A stretch of 40,265 nucleotides of DNA from Pseudanabaena sp. (GTDB taxonomy: Bacteria; Cyanobacteriota; Cyanobacteriia; Pseudanabaenales; Pseudanabaenaceae): NCBI GenBank assembly GCA_043755885.1, contig JAYUSC010000582.1:1-40265 (forward strand), given 5' to 3'. Of the stretch, positions 9,064-18,247 are shown piece by piece; position 1 is the stretch's first letter, and every line of letters begins with the position of its first letter. A program made the position numbers and the translations under genes. The notes under the pieces are model-generated. The model was not told the origin of the DNA, did no database searches, and worked only from the letters and a program-made list of their open reading frames with translations.

Positions 9064-10467
9064 CTACTTAAAAAACAGTCTAAATTTGACGAGAAATTTC
9101 TTTCCTTTTATCAAAAGTTTAACTGCTAAGTTATTAGATATTTTTGATAGTCGATTTTGTGTATTTAATAGTTGATTTTGTGTATTTAATAGTTGATTTT
9201 GTGTGTTTAATAGTTGGTTTTGTGTGTTTAGCAAAACAGTCTTAGTTGCAATCAAGTCTAAAACTAACTGAGACATCTTCGATCTTACCGCCTGTCGGTA
9301 CATATCGACAACGCGATCGCGTACAGAATCTCGACCAGCCAAGGTCGGTAACCACGCACGATTAGTTAATGCAATACTATCTGCTAGGGCATCATCATTC
9401 ATGGCAAGAACTAGAGCGTCTGCAATAGCAGGCGGATCAAGGTTAGGAGCATAGATGGTATGGATTTTATCTTTAAAAAGAGGTAGTAGAGTGTCAATAG
9501 GTGACAGGATCGGTACAGTATGAGAAGCCATAGCTTCATACATTGAGTTTGGAATACCATCACTCAGTGAAGGCGCTAGAATAACTCTCGCTGAGCGATA
9601 AAGCTCCAGAAATTTTTCATGTGGTAGACGACTGTGGATCTGCACTCGTGAACCATAACTGCCTAGAAATGTATTGAACCAATACTCAACATCTGGAGTC
9701 GCTGCCGTAGCAACAAGATGAAATTCCCCAATATGTGGTAGAGCCAATCTTAGGGCTTCCACAACTGCCATACCATCGCTTTGGATAAAGTTATAGGCTT
9801 TTGGCCATATTATGAGGCGATCCTTACGAGAAGGGGGTGGCACGCCATCGAACATCGCAGGATCGACACCTCCTGCACCAGGGACAGGCCCTGTTACCGA
9901 AATTTTTTCAGATGAAAGCCCCATGTCCAGAGCCAATGAATAGTTTTGTTGATTGTCAGCAATAAAGTAATCACAGCGATTTAATATAGCTTTAATTTCC
10001 TGTTCGAGATGAGGGGTCTTTCTGTTAAGCGCAATGTCAGGACCGCCACGAGCCTGCACAATCCAGAATGGGTCCCACAAATCAAAACCAGTATTGGATA
10101 GGCTCAGAACTTTCAAAAAAAATGCGCTCGCAGGAAAAACACCTAATGTGTGTACAATATGAGGCTTGAATTCTTGCAGTACGCTTAAGGCATTCACCAA
10201 TTGCATACATTTGATTGATCCCAGACCATGAATATAAACATCATCAAGAGCTAAATCTTCATTTTGTAAATGACTGGGCAATTTATCAAAATAGCTCCGA
10301 TCCTTAGCCTCAACGATTGGGAAATCTGTAGTTGGAGCCTCCCACATGCTAACGTGCAGCCCTTGAATTTCAAACTCGCCTTTGTACGGCGCAAGTAAGT
10401 CTATCCAACTCTGTGCGTGAGAACTATGTAACTCTCCAACGAAAAGTATACGAATGGTTTCAGACAT
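9064..10467 (-). CDS. GT4-like glycosyltransferase with C-terminal heptad-repeat coiled coil and basic amphipathic tail
   Basis: SDGIPNSMYEAMA motif; tail (LLNTQNQ)x3-LLNTQNR...LAVKLLIKGKKFLVKFRLFFK. Confidence 0.85.
   Translation of the reverse strand: MSETIRILFVGELHSSHAQSWIDLLAPYKGEFEIQGLHVSMWEAPTTDFPIVEAKDRSYFDKLPSHLQNEDLALDDVYIHGLGSIKCMQLVNALSVLQEFKPHIVHTLGVFPASAFFLKVLSLSNTGFDLWDPFWIVQARGGPDIALNRKTPHLEQEIKAILNRCDYFIADNQQNYSLALDMGLSSEKISVTGPVPGAGGVDPAMFDGVPPPSRKDRLIIWPKAYNFIQSDGMAVVEALRLALPHIGEFHLVATAATPDVEYWFNTFLGSYGSRVQIHSRLPHEKFLELYRSARVILAPSLSDGIPNSMYEAMASHTVPILSPIDTLLPLFKDKIHTIYAPNLDPPAIADALVLAMNDDALADSIALTNRAWLPTLAGRDSVRDRVVDMYRQAVRSKMSQLVLDLIATKTVLLNTQNQLLNTQNQLLNTQNQLLNTQNRLSKISNNLAVKLLIKGKKFLVKFRLFFK
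9153..9233. repeat. 21-bp tandem repeat, about 4 copies, in frame (LLNTQNQ heptads)
   Basis: gattttgtgtatttaatagtt at 9153 and 9174, with variants at 9195 and 9216. Confidence 0.92.
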
Positions 10468-12274
10468 CAAGAACCTCCTGTGCCCATAATTCAGTCATCA
10501 TTAGTAACCATGGTTGGGTCCAGTGGACTTGACCAGCAAGGAAGCCATCTACCACAGTTTGTACAGCAGTAGGCTCAAAAAAACCTCTTCGTACAATCGT
10601 TTCAACAGAAAGAATGTCTTTCATTGTTGGCATTAAAATGCCTCTTAACCAATGGTCAAATGGAAGAGTGAATCCTCTTTTAGTACGGTGTGCAAAACCA
10701 TGTGGGAGTAGTGGTAATCCAATCTCAAGTAGCAAGCGTTTAACTCCAGATGCAGCATAGCTACCAGAAGGGGCAAGGAGATCGCCTGGAGCGATTTTAG
10801 CTGTCTCTGGAAGAGACAATGCAAAATCCAACAATTTTTCATCAAGTAACGGGACTCGAACTTCTAGACCATGAGACATTGCTGCTGTATCAATATCTGC
10901 CAACAACTGATTGCGTGTGTATCCCGATAAAAGCAGTCCCGTGACTCGTGAAAGCGTATCTGCATTGCGTAATGGATCGGGGCGCTGTGGGGGTGATGGA
11001 GTGTTTGGACATAGAGCCAATGCCGTGGGTGTATCGAAAATCTTGTATTGATTTGCAAACGTATTCACAAAAGTTTCGCCCCTAAAATTTCCCATTAAAC
11101 GCTTAAGATAGGGTTGGCTAGAAAAATTTTGCATCATACTGAACCAAGGGTAGCCTGCGAAAAGTTCATCTCCTCCAGTACCAGAAATAGCTACAGTCAA
11201 TTCTTGGCTAGCAGCCTTAGCGACAAACCATGAATTTACTCCATCTACAGTTGGATGATCCAGTCCTCTAGCAATAGCTCGCAGATTATCGGCAATTTCA
11301 TTCTGTTGAATTATAACTCGATTGTGGACGACCCCCAGATGCTGGGCAACGATCGCAGCATCATCAGTTTCATCTTCGGAATCAGTCTTTAAGCCACTTT
11401 CAAAACCCACCGAAAATGTTCTTAAATCTCCATGCTCACGCGCCATGAGAGCAACCAATAACGAAGAATCAATTCCACCAGACAAAAAAGCCCCAAGCGG
11501 AACATCGGCGACCATTTGCCTACGAACAGCATCACCAAGAATCTTCTCGCCGTAATCTTTGATTACTGACCAATCTGCCCCTGCTAAATCGACTGCGCCG
11601 ACTCGTAAAGGACGAAAGCAATTTAAAATCGGCGGTTTTCCACGTTGCAGCTTTAGTGTATACCCTGGCAAAAGCCACTTCACCCCAGATAAAATGCTGT
11701 CTGGCTGTGGTACTGAGCCTCTTTCTAGGAGCGATCGCAGTGCATTGCGATCGACATCTCGCTTTACTAGTCCCGAAGCTAGAAGTGCTTTCAGTTCGGA
11801 TGCAAAAACAAAGCCATCGGGAGTTTCAGTATAAAGAAATGGTTTAATACCAAGGGGGTCGCGGGCGCAAAATAGTTTTTGTTCGCGACTGTCCCACAAA
11901 GCAAATGCGTACATTCCCTGTAAATGTTGGACGAAACTTTCACCGTAATGGAGATAAAGGTTCAACAAAACTTCAGCATCAGAATGCCCAAGAAACCTAT
12001 ATCCCTCTGATTCAAGTAGCTTTCGCTTTTCTTGAAAGTTATAGAGTTCTCCGTTATAAACGAGCGTTACTCCATGTCGAGTCATTGGTTGCGTCCCAGC
12101 CTCTGATGTGTCAATTACAGCAAGTCTTGTATGTCCAAGACCACAGCCATTCTCAATATGTATGGCATCTCCATCAGGACCACGGTGGCTTATCGCAGAA
12201 GCCATACGTTTCAGCGACGAACTTAATTGATCGCCAACAAATCTATTCGATATAATTCCTGAAATACCACACAT
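10460..12274 (-). CDS. asnB: Asparagine synthase-like glutamine amidotransferase (probable sugar amidation, WbpS-like)
   Basis: N-terminal MCGI, HRGPD, YNGELYNF, RDPLGIKP, LSGGIDSS and SGTGGDELFAGY motifs. Confidence 0.92.
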   Translation of the reverse strand: MCGISGIISNRFVGDQLSSSLKRMASAISHRGPDGDAIHIENGCGLGHTRLAVIDTSEAGTQPMTRHGVTLVYNGELYNFQEKRKLLESEGYRFLGHSDAEVLLNLYLHYGESFVQHLQGMYAFALWDSREQKLFCARDPLGIKPFLYTETPDGFVFASELKALLASGLVKRDVDRNALRSLLERGSVPQPDSILSGVKWLLPGYTLKLQRGKPPILNCFRPLRVGAVDLAGADWSVIKDYGEKILGDAVRRQMVADVPLGAFLSGGIDSSLLVALMAREHGDLRTFSVGFESGLKTDSEDETDDAAIVAQHLGVVHNRVIIQQNEIADNLRAIARGLDHPTVDGVNSWFVAKAASQELTVAISGTGGDELFAGYPWFSMMQNFSSQPYLKRLMGNFRGETFVNTFANQYKIFDTPTALALCPNTPSPPQRPDPLRNADTLSRVTGLLLSGYTRNQLLADIDTAAMSHGLEVRVPLLDEKLLDFALSLPETAKIAPGDLLAPSGSYAASGVKRLLLEIGLPLLPHGFAHRTKRGFTLPFDHWLRGILMPTMKDILSVETIVRRGFFEPTAVQTVVDGFLAGQVHWTQPWLLMMTELWAQEVLDV

Positions 12275-12358
12275 TACTTATTCTTTTAAGCGTTTTACCT
12301 AACGCATCAAACATACTCTTGTTGTTGGGTCGCAAAATTGTTCGTTCATATTTACATT

Positions 12359-13378
12359 TTATTTCAAAGGCTTAGTAGCTCTTCCCTCAATGCCATTATA
12401 ACCAAGATGAACATCGATATCTATTAACCCAGTCTTTTCAAAACAATCGCGAAACTGTTCCAATGTCTGAGGAATGTCATACATTGGCGATAAAAAATCG
12501 AAAATGTCAAGGACTGCAAATTCCTTATGTTTAGCAACATCCATTCCGACTAGTCGAGAACCGTAATCATCAATCATCAAGTTTTTCATAAACTCTAGCC
12601 CTGCATGTCCAAATTTCCCTGGTAGGGAGCGAGCAACATACGCAATAGGAAAGAGAATATTTACGTATTGGCGCACTAAAAAATGTAGCGTTTTGGGAGT
12701 TAAGTTAGGAATGATTTTACGAAATCTGTATTTTGCTCGAAGTATTCGATGCCCACTATCTCCTGTTGGATTGGGGGCAATATATGAATCAGCGGATATC
12801 TTACCACTTGGTTTGAGCATAGTAACTAGCTCTTGAAAAGCTTTCTGTGGATCAGGCGTATGTTGAAGCACTCCAAAACAGAAACATTTGTCGAATTTTT
12901 CGGCAGGGAATGGCATCGAAAATATGCTTGCTTGTAAAACAAGACTGTTTTCATTTAAACCGATTTTTTTGTGAGTAACTTCAACAGAACTAGACATGTC
13001 AAATGAAATTACAGTCGCTCCTCTTTCTAGAGGAAAGGATGTCAAAGAACCTGGACCACAGCCTGCTTCTAGTACAAGCTCTCCTGACAAATCCTCTTCC
13101 CACTTTGTCTCTTCAGCAAACCTTTTTCTATAAAGCGAATAACCAGAAATTAACTCATCTAATATGGTGGGATGCTTTTCCCATTCCAGAGTAAAGTTAT
13201 AGGCATAACTATCGCCAGTAAATCGAGGAATAAAGCCCCGCACAGGATACTCATTTCCACGATTATTGACTAAGACACCTTCTTTGATGAAATGACCGTT
13301 GCTTTCCGTGACTGACTTAATAGTTAAAGGCTCTTTAGTCTCTGGGCAAACCAGATAATCAATAAAACGTTCGTGCAT
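12359..13378 (-). CDS. Class I SAM methyltransferase with Trm112-like N-terminal domain
   Basis: LVCPETKEPL...YPVRGFIPRF N-terminus; VLEAGCGPG; GVLQHTPDP. Confidence 0.88.
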   Translation of the reverse strand: MHERFIDYLVCPETKEPLTIKSVTESNGHFIKEGVLVNNRGNEYPVRGFIPRFTGDSYAYNFTLEWEKHPTILDELISGYSLYRKRFAEETKWEEDLSGELVLEAGCGPGSLTSFPLERGATVISFDMSSSVEVTHKKIGLNENSLVLQASIFSMPFPAEKFDKCFCFGVLQHTPDPQKAFQELVTMLKPSGKISADSYIAPNPTGDSGHRILRAKYRFRKIIPNLTPKTLHFLVRQYVNILFPIAYVARSLPGKFGHAGLEFMKNLMIDDYGSRLVGMDVAKHKEFAVLDIFDFLSPMYDIPQTLEQFRDCFEKTGLIDIDVHLGYNGIEGRATKPLK

Positions 13379-13660
13379 TTTGGGATTTCTTCTCAGTTAG
13401 CTATGATTTTAGGCATTAGAAGGTATTTGCAAATAAAATGTTAAATCGATTGAAACCTATTGTTGTGTATAAGTTTTAGCTAATATTTTATCAAAATACC
13501 AGTAGATACTTGAAACCTTTGGAAGTAAGGCTAATCAGTAGGTTAACAATTATCTTATAAATACCTTCTAGCATGAATTTGTTGGTTTAGTCTTAGTTTA
13601 CTATTACACTGTTAGCATTAATGAGATTATCATCAGTGTTTGTGCTTAGCAATAAGGTTT

Positions 13661-13819
13661 GGCTCAATAGGTGTTTCGGGGAGGTGCTTTAGCTTAAATG
13701 GCTGAAATGCTTGATGTGCAATAGTTTTAGCCTCGGAGGTCTTTGATGTCTGAAACACCCAGTATTAAAAGCATTGAGCCGTTTATTATGTTTGACCTCC
13801 CCGAAACACCTATAGAGCC
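13661..13819. mobile_element. 159-bp MITE with 25-bp TIRs and 8-bp target duplication (ISL3-like ends)
   Basis: ggctcaataggtgtttcggggaggt (13661-13685) and acctccccgaaacacctatagagcc (13795-13819) are complementary at 24/25. taaggttt flanks both sides (13653-13660, 13820-13827). Confidence 0.9.
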
Positions 13820-14089
13820 TAAGGTTTTTATAGTGAAAATTGCATCTTTTGCATTCTTCAGCAGTACTGTGGAGAGCATTACTTTCTAGATATAGGCTTC
13901 AGTTCTTCTTAACTGATACCCCTAAGCAACAAATTTTGAGTAAAGTTTGCAACCTAGTCTATTCAACACTGTTGTTTCTTTTAACCCTCCCATAGGTTTG
14001 ACCCCGTTAGAGAGTCATGTTAATTAAGGAAATCCTCTACTAAAATCTTGGCATGATCCAGACTCTCGAATCTAAACCAACTTACATAA

Positions 14090-14896
14090 TTACTCCTTTG
14101 CATCAGGAAGAGATCCTACAGTGAAAGACATACCATGTAAGCCAAAAATAAATTCATTCAAAGTGATTTTAGGATTTTCTTCCAACCATTCACGACATGC
14201 TCTCTGCTGACCAAATTCAGACAAATTACGATAGCAGCGCCAATCGTCGAAAAAGATAACAGTTCCAATAGAAAGGTAAGGAGTAATGAACTGAAGGATT
14301 GGTATAGTTGACTCGTAAAAGTCACAATCGATCCAGACAAAGGCTAATTTTTGTAATCCAATTTTCTGAGCACATTTGTGGGTAAGAGTTTGATCAAACC
14401 AACCTTTAGTTGTAATTAGCTTTTCTTCTGAAAGCTTCGGTGCAGATGTAAAAACATTACGGCGAAATTCATCCTCGGAAGCGGCAAACTGCCCCTTAAA
14501 GAATCCACTCGCAAAACCTTCATGCCATTTATCTAATCCCATAGGCTCTGGTAAGCCTTCAAATGAATCGAATGCCAAAAAACGCATTTGAGGAAAAAGA
14601 GTATGAAATAGATTGGCAGTATAACCAAATGTAGTACCTTTGTATACTCCAAATTCTGCGTAATCTCCAGGCAGTTCTGCGTTAACTAGATAATCAGCTA
14701 TACAAAAAATGATATCCCAACGGTTAGTATAATAATCTAGTAGACGATGCTCAAGATTAGCTACACGAGGCTCAAGATTAGCTACACGAGGCTCAAGATG
14801 TTCGAGGCGCGAACGTAGTTGGCGGATTTCTTCGAGTAAATGTAAATTATTATCCTTCCATAAATAGCTTTTAATTTTTGCAAACAATTTAGACAT
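14090..14896 (-). CDS. TylF/MycF/NovP-family O-methyltransferase with N-terminal amphipathic helix and extended coiled coil (copy 2)
   Basis: GDYAEFGVYKG, FDSFEGLPEP, KGWF, IDCDFYEST and FDDW motifs. Start chosen by alignment with the paralog. Confidence 0.9.
   Translation of the reverse strand: MSKLFAKIKSYLWKDNNLHLLEEIRQLRSRLEHLEPRVANLEPRVANLEHRLLDYYTNRWDIIFCIADYLVNAELPGDYAEFGVYKGTTFGYTANLFHTLFPQMRFLAFDSFEGLPEPMGLDKWHEGFASGFFKGQFAASEDEFRRNVFTSAPKLSEEKLITTKGWFDQTLTHKCAQKIGLQKLAFVWIDCDFYESTIPILQFITPYLSIGTVIFFDDWRCYRNLSEFGQQRACREWLEENPKITLNEFIFGLHGMSFTVGSLPDAKE
14749..14799. repeat. 21-bp tandem repeat, 2.4 copies, in frame (LEPRVAN heptads)
   Basis: gctcaagattagctacacgag at 14749 and 14770, plus gctcaagat at 14791. 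Confidence 0.92.
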
Positions 14897-14950
14897 AAAG
14901 TTATTAATAAAACAAAAAAACAATGATAGCTGCGGAAATTTTATAGATCA

Positions 14951-15139
14951 TAAGACTTACGAATTGACAAAATCTCATCTTATGCATTGGGCTAATTTAG
15001 TATCAAAAAGTACTTTTTGGCTAAGCTATAAAAGCTTTTTCCCAAAAAAATCATTAACTACATGACCTTTAGAGATAGCCTCAAATGGCGTATTCTCGTT
15101 GACCCACATTTATGGCAATCTGATAATGCGTAAGTCCTA
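14951..15139. mobile_element. 189-bp MITE-like element with imperfect TIRs and flanking direct repeat
   Basis: taagacttacgaattgaca versus tgataatgcgtaagtccta (15/19 complementary). gatca flanks both ends, extendable to tagatcata at 14944-14952 and 15138-15146. Confidence 0.78.
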
Positions 15140-15246
15140 GATCATATCTTTGAGCTAACAAAAAACCAAGAATTAATTTAGTCCGATGTGTGAAGTAGAG
15201 ATTGTAAATAGGCTATTGTTTTATCATATCTATTCCATCTCAGTTA

Positions 15247-16098
15247 CTATGTGCAAAACCATCTCCCTATCCAATTAATCATTCGCTTTACCCAAATTCG
15301 GTAACGAGGAGGATTTGCTTGGATGTGTATGGGCACTTGGTCAATGACAGAGGGAAGAATATTACTCCAAGAATCTTTAATATATGAAGAAAATTCAACT
15401 GGTGCATAGAGACGCTGATAATTGGAAAGCGTATTTTTGTCGGTAAAAATACTATCAAATGGTAGACGGAACTCTGCCTCTTTATTTTTTCGTAAAACAG
15501 CGTAAATCATAATATCTCTGTCATCGTAAGCCTGATAATTTTCCAAACTAAATCGATAAAGCGTTGGAGAGTAATCAACTGTAAAAGCAATGTCAATGAT
15601 ATCATAGTCGTTTGCAGCTGCAAGATCTGCAATCATCCTTGGTTGGATTGTATAGTAACCATGATTGGCATTGCAGTTTGAAGGTAACTGATGTACGATT
15701 AAGCCACCAGTTTTACATGCTTGGTGGGCATTGCGAAATGCACTAGTAATATCAAAGCAATGCTCAAAGGTTCCCAAGTCTGTGACAAGATCAAATTTAT
15801 CTACAAAACCATAGTTGGTAGACAAATTAGTATTGAGGTCGTAGGCTAATGCTCCTAGCTCAGAGGTAGCATCTATACATGTATAATCGCACAGCCCAAA
15901 TAAATCATATAGTATCGGAGCAGAATCGATAGTATATAAGGAATGATTTATTCCACAACGTCTTGCATGGTCAGCTGTTGCTTTAGGGTCTGAACTAATA
16001 ACTTGAGCCCCAAATTCCAAAACCTTGCCTCGGACGGGCAGTAATCCACGATTGAAAAGAGAAGATAGAAGGGTGACATACTCTAGATTAATACCCAT
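15247..16098 (-). CDS. Class I SAM methyltransferase-like protein with C-terminal amphipathic helix
   Basis: VLEFGAQ and FDLVTDLGTFEHCFD...GGLIVH motifs; tail RYRIWVKRMINWIGRWF. Confidence 0.78.
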   Translation of the reverse strand: MGINLEYVTLLSSLFNRGLLPVRGKVLEFGAQVISSDPKATADHARRCGINHSLYTIDSAPILYDLFGLCDYTCIDATSELGALAYDLNTNLSTNYGFVDKFDLVTDLGTFEHCFDITSAFRNAHQACKTGGLIVHQLPSNCNANHGYYTIQPRMIADLAAANDYDIIDIAFTVDYSPTLYRFSLENYQAYDDRDIMIYAVLRKNKEAEFRLPFDSIFTDKNTLSNYQRLYAPVEFSSYIKDSWSNILPSVIDQVPIHIQANPPRYRIWVKRMINWIGRWFCT

Positions 16099-16102
16099 AA
16101 TT

Positions 16103-16885
16103 TTAATTTATTGTTTTTCCCTTTGGGAGAGAAGCTACTGTAAAGGACATTCCATGAAAACCAAAGGAAATAAACTCGTTTAATACAAGTCCAGGATTTC
16201 TCTCCAGCCTTTCACTACATGCTCGACGTTCACCTCGATCGACCAAATTACTATAGCAGCGCCAATCATCGAAAAGAATAACACTTCCTATAGAAAGATG
16301 GGGAGTAATGAATTGAAGGACAGGTACGGTAGATTCATAAAAATCGCAATCTATCCAAATGCAAGCCAAGTGTTGTAATCCAATCTTGGAAGTACGTTCT
16401 GGAATAAGTGCATTGTCAAACCAACCCTTAGTTATGACTAGGTTATCTAGGGGAAGTTGAGGTGCAGCAAGCTGAACATTTTGACAAAATTCTTCTTCTG
16501 TAGCTGTAAACTGCTCCTGAAAAAATCCACTTGAGAAGCTTTCCTGAGAGAGATCTAAGCCTTTTGGTTCTGGTAAGCCCTCAAAAGAATCAAAAGCCAA
16601 AAAACGCATCTGAGGAAAAAGCTGGTAAAAAAGGTTGGTAGCGTAGCCAAAAGTAGTACCTTTATACACACCAAATTCTGCATAATCACCAAGAAGTTCA
16701 GCATTAACCAAATAATCGGCTACACAATCAAGCACATCCCATCTATTGCGATAATAATTAATCAGGCGATTCTCTAGAAAATCGACGCGCGATCGTAATA
16801 TTTGAAGCTCTTTGTGTAGTCTATCGTGCTTTGCATTAGTATCTTTTAGCAGATGATTTTTTATACGGTCAAATAATTGTGACAT
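16103..16885 (-). CDS. TylF/MycF/NovP-family O-methyltransferase (copy 1)
   Basis: Same motifs as 14090-14896, with long identical blocks. An alternative GTG start is at 16894. Confidence 0.9.
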   Translation of the reverse strand: MSQLFDRIKNHLLKDTNAKHDRLHKELQILRSRVDFLENRLINYYRNRWDVLDCVADYLVNAELLGDYAEFGVYKGTTFGYATNLFYQLFPQMRFLAFDSFEGLPEPKGLDLSQESFSSGFFQEQFTATEEEFCQNVQLAAPQLPLDNLVITKGWFDNALIPERTSKIGLQHLACIWIDCDFYESTVPVLQFITPHLSIGSVILFDDWRCYSNLVDRGERRACSERLERNPGLVLNEFISFGFHGMSFTVASLPKGKTIN

Positions 16886-16912
16886 AAAATTCACTATACT
16901 CAGGAAAATAAT

Positions 16913-18244
16913 TTATAAAATTCGCTGCACTGTGTATTCTGGTTTAAAAAGACCGACAATCAATTCAGTCCGATCGCATTGCAATATCGCAGCATTTTCA
17001 TTAACCACTATAGGTACATAGGAGTCTTTGTTCCCAATAGAAACTTCGGGTGTAAAGAAATAATCCCCAGGCACTAAATTTGGTAAAGTTCCTTCAAGCC
17101 GAAAAGTTGCAAATCTATCTTTGGAAATATCAAAATTTAGCTTCCCAGAGCCAATCAGAACACTGGAAAAATCACATAATGGCATTCCATTTCCCGTATC
17201 AATTCGCATCCCTATAGCAAGTTCGGGATCAACGTTCTCTTTCTCGGCTAAAGCACATAAAAGAGATGGCTCAAAGCGATAATCGCATTCGATAATAATC
17301 TTCTGTCCCTTGATAAAACGATTAGTCGGTAATAGTCCAAAAAACCGCATTGCTTCAAGCGTAGCTCCACCTCTTCCCCACCGATTTATAACCTTCGACA
17401 GATCGACATGAAAAATATTCTCGCTAGTATCTGTTTCACATAATGGAGACGAATCAGTTAAATGCCCGCCCATTTCGCTTTTACCAACATTTGACATCCC
17501 CTGTTCATTTGTCGATGGATAAAGAATATGCATATACTCAGCTACCACATCTTCTGGATTGCCATTTGCGATTAACTTACCTTTGTGCAAGAGCAGCAGC
17601 CGCGAACAATTAGCTTTAGCTCCAAAAATATCATGGGTTACAAGAATAACTGTTGTACCTTTTTGCTTAAGAGCATTCAGGTGGTCATAACATTTTTTTT
17701 GAAAGCGTGCATCACCCACGGCTAATGCTTCGTCAACAATCAAAATGTCAGGCTCAGAGAGAATTGCCGACGCAAATGCTACGCGAAGAAACATTCCACT
17801 TGAGTAGACTTTCATTGGTTGGTCGAAAAAATCTCCAACTTCAGCAAATGCCTCGATCTCAACAATCTTTTTCTGGATTTCGCGCTCAGCCAAGTTATAG
17901 ATTTGCATCTGAAAAGTTGCATTCTCACGCCCAGTTAACTCTTGGTTAAAACCTGCTCCAAGTTCGAGAAGACAGGCTAATCTGCCTTTTACATTTACTT
18001 TACCTGATGTGGGTGTTAAGACCCCAGCCAAAACTTGCAGTAAAGTTGACTTCCCAGCCCCGTTGACACCCAATATGCCAAGATGTTCACCTTCCTGAAT
18101 TTCAAAATTTATATCTTGAAGTGCAAAAAAAGGAGTATGAAAATCGCGCCATGGCATCAATACTTCCTTTAACCTATCTGAAGGCTTAGCATAGAGCCGA
18201 TAGCACTTTGTAAGTTGACTAACGGAAATTATAGGAGAAGACAT
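16913..18244 (-). CDS. wzt: Polysaccharide ABC exporter ATPase with C-terminal Wzt-C-like domain
   Basis: GVNGAGKST, YSSGM, ILIVDE and VTHD motifs; about 200-aa C-terminal extension. Confidence 0.93.
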   Translation of the reverse strand: MSSPIISVSQLTKCYRLYAKPSDRLKEVLMPWRDFHTPFFALQDINFEIQEGEHLGILGVNGAGKSTLLQVLAGVLTPTSGKVNVKGRLACLLELGAGFNQELTGRENATFQMQIYNLAEREIQKKIVEIEAFAEVGDFFDQPMKVYSSGMFLRVAFASAILSEPDILIVDEALAVGDARFQKKCYDHLNALKQKGTTVILVTHDIFGAKANCSRLLLLHKGKLIANGNPEDVVAEYMHILYPSTNEQGMSNVGKSEMGGHLTDSSPLCETDTSENIFHVDLSKVINRWGRGGATLEAMRFFGLLPTNRFIKGQKIIIECDYRFEPSLLCALAEKENVDPELAIGMRIDTGNGMPLCDFSSVLIGSGKLNFDISKDRFATFRLEGTLPNLVPGDYFFTPEVSIGNKDSYVPIVVNENAAILQCDRTELIVGLFKPEYTVQRIL

Positions 18245-18247
18245 AGG

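Noticed and set aside
9153-9233. Tandem repeats as a CRISPR array (also 14749-14799)
   Set aside because: There are no spacers; the units are contiguous, in frame and coding.
13661-14035. Resemblance to a cyanobacterial CRISPR leader, and a type V-K repeat-like stretch (cttttaaccctcccatag, about 13978-13995)
   Set aside because: No repeat-spacer array, tracrRNA or cas gene is present. The inverted repeat is fully explained by a MITE with a target duplication.
13590-14040. Possible decayed GT remnant on the minus strand (GRV, LGVSV and TDDNLINA fragments resemble the 19170-20432 protein)
   Set aside because: Very short matches, wrong spacing and many stops make it indistinguishable from chance without a tBLASTn/HMM test.
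13661-15139. Composite transposon carrying TylF copy 2 between two MITEs
   Set aside because: The two elements have unrelated ends and each has its own target duplication, so they are independent insertions.
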